Origin: Takakia lepidozioides
Lineage: Eukaryota; Plantae; Bryophyta
Reading direction: 5' to 3'
DNA length: 64,000 bases
NCBI GenBank assembly: GCA_030704615.1
Contig: CM060732.1
Location: 74,028,001-74,092,000, forward strand
Position 1 is the first letter of the stretch. Each line of letters starts with the position of its first letter. Position numbers and translations under genes: made by a program. Below the pieces are notes generated by a model. It was not told the origin of the DNA. It ran no database searches and saw only the letters and a program-made list of their open reading frames with translations. Below are positions 62,001 to 64,000 of this stretch, piece after piece.

Positions 62001-64000
62001 ATAACTATGAAAAAAAATTGGAAGAAATCTTGAAGAAGTATGCCACAGAGGCTGCAACACATTGGAGGAAGGGTGTATGGTGTGCAAAGTGCCAGAATGA
62101 AGGCCATACCACCACAGAATGCCACATGAAGGAGAAACACTGTACTATCTGTAAAATGGATAACCATTCTACTGAGAATTGTTACTACAACAGAAGGACA
62201 GCTGCAAGAGAACCTAGGCAAGTAAGGGTGCATCAGGTGCAGCCCCAGCCAAGAAGAAACAATGATCAGGACCACTATGGTAGGTCTGGTGGTTATAACA
62301 ATGGCATGGAAGGGAGAGGTAATTCAAGAGGGAATTACCAAGGAAATTCCAGAGGCAACTATCAGGGTAATCCAAGGGGGAATTACCAGCCCGGGAATCA
62401 GGATTATAGAAATAATCCAAGAACAGACCAAGGGCGAGGACCCAATGGTGAAGAGCTATGTTACTATTGTAATCAGCCAGGACATCGCAAGGCAGCCTGT
62501 TCATTCTGGATAAGACACCAGAATGAGATGAGAGCTCCTGTGAATGAGGGCCCAGTGGTGGCAGCTCACATGGTTAGGCCATGTGTTGTACCAGAAGTAA
62601 GTACAATGATAGTAACAAGAAGTAAAGCCAAACTAATACCTCCAGTAGAAGAGGAAGAAGATGAGACTGGAAGTGGCAATGATATGCCTGAAGATGAAGA
62701 GACTTGGAAAGATGAGAAGGAACTGCACAAGGAAGTGGCATACTATAAGGGAAATGCAAAAGAGTACTGATATTCCTGTGGCAGATTCCTCTGATTCGGA
62801 TGGAGAAAAAGAAGGGAGTGAGGAAGAAAGGAAAAAAAAGATGCAGACATGCAAAGTAATGAAGAGACTTTGGCTGAGTAATATGTCAGACCAAAGCAGA
62901 AATTACCATTGGACAGCTATTAGCTGTGGCACCTTATTGTAGGCACAGGCTGTATCAGCAATCAATCGAATTGCCCAAGAGACAGGAAACACAGACCTGA
63001 ACAGCAAGGTGACCAGTTATAATGTGAAGCCGGAAGGGCGAGAACCAGTCATGGACTTTGATGATTCTATGCCAGTAATCCAATTGAGAATTGGAAGCAC
63101 AGAACTAACTGATGTACTGATAGATGGTGGTTCTGGAGTAAATATCATGACAGACCAATTAAGGAAGAAGCTTGGTCTAAGTAACATGAAACCAGCCCCA
63201 TTTACAGTAACAATGGCAGATCAAAGAAGTGTACAGCCATTGGGATTAATAAGAGGAGTTAAGATACAGATACAGAAAATGATCTTTATGATCACAGTAA
63301 CTGTATTAAAAATGGATGAAGTCATGGAGGCTTACTCCTTATTATTGGGACGTCCGTGGCTGAAACAGGCCAGGGTATTCCATGACTGGAATTCTCAGTT
63401 ACTAACCGTGCATAATGGGATGCACGAGATACAAATTACCACAAAGAAATCTAGTAGATTACCTGCTACAAGAAGACCTCGAGGAGTCAGAGAGTATGAC
63501 TGGAGAGGAGGACTGGATGAGGAGCAGGAAGCTACCCTATTTGCTGCACACCCAGAGTGGGAGCAGGTTGCAGAGATGCGGCTGGAAAGCCTAAGTTGTT
63601 TAAGAGGTATCTGCTGTGGTGTAGTGACAGCAACACCAACTGAAGAGGAAACCAGCATTTACCCATCACATTTCTATGAAGAAAGGAGGAGAGAATAGAA
63701 ATCCTAGAAGAACCAGCCACTGTGAGCTTACAGGATGAAGTGGTGACTGGTTGGACAATCACAGCTGATGAGCAGGTGAGAGAAGTAAATGTGGGAACTC
63801 AGGAGGAACCGAGGATGGTGAAAGTAGGAGCTGATTTGGAGCCGGAATTCTTCGAAGAAGCTAAAAGCTTGTTCATCAAATACAGAGATGTATTTGCTTG
63901 GAGCTATGAGGATCTAAAAGGGATACCACCTGAAGTCTGTCAGCATAAGATTGAACTGGAACCAGGGTCAGTACCAATCAAGCAGGCGAGGTATAGAATG
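59089..64000 (+). mobile_element. Ty3/gypsy non-chromovirus (Tat/Ogre-like) element: 5' LTR 59089-59973, PBS 59976-59993, long pre-gag region, gag, protease and start of RT; runs off the window
   Basis: TGTAGGGTACCCTTAATTTTTG...GCGCGACA followed by TT-TGGCGACCATACTGGGGA (Arg-type PBS). YSGKGDPDVHI gag, three CCHC knuckles, VLIDGGSGVN protease, YRDVFAWSYEDLKGIP. Confidence 0.88.
59170..59365 (+). repeat. (CACAGC/CACAGT)n low-complexity tract inside the LTR
   Basis: Many imperfect cacagc/cacagt units. Confidence 0.85.

Noticed and set aside
1-64000. rRNA, tRNA or other structured RNA genes; prokaryotic contamination
   Set aside because: None recognised. Spliceosomal introns and plant TEs occur throughout, including in the MTase-like genes.

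Overview
This is eukaryotic nuclear DNA from a non-seed land plant (bryophyte, lycophyte or fern; inferred from gene and TE style) and is mostly nested transposons. There are two host genes. (1) An 8-exon ferredoxin-dependent bilin reductase of the HY2 lineage (8836-13425, +). (2) A large PLS-class PPR-E1-E2-DYW organellar editing factor (-; last exon 18434-22573). The ORF track hides its N-terminus: the ~0.52-0.58 kb tandem repeats upstream are intron-split exon pairs encoding up to five copies of the PDF motif (W..F..P..WWDNR..K / ..P..PDFKHK.T...LW), the ssDNA-binding module of OSB/PTAC9 proteins. That gives a PDF(n)-PPR-DYW fusion linking a putative ssDNA-binding array to a cytidine deaminase. 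A second unexpected signal is two diverged, intron-containing beta-class amino-(N6A/N4C) DNA-methyltransferase-like genes in TE context. One (1550-2979, +) is preceded by an array of six 22-26 bp palindromes; the other (c.57700-59088, -) sits beside a CACTA transposase. The two share intron positions. Other elements: a PPR pseudogene, a very recent chromovirus with perfect TSD, a Tat/Ogre-like element, CACTA, hAT, Harbinger-like, SWIM/MULE-like and LINE remnants, and a 1.3 kb inverted duplication bracketing the PPR gene. Many single-base frameshifts may be assembly errors, so pseudogene calls are provisional. All family assignments come from motif recognition, not database searches.
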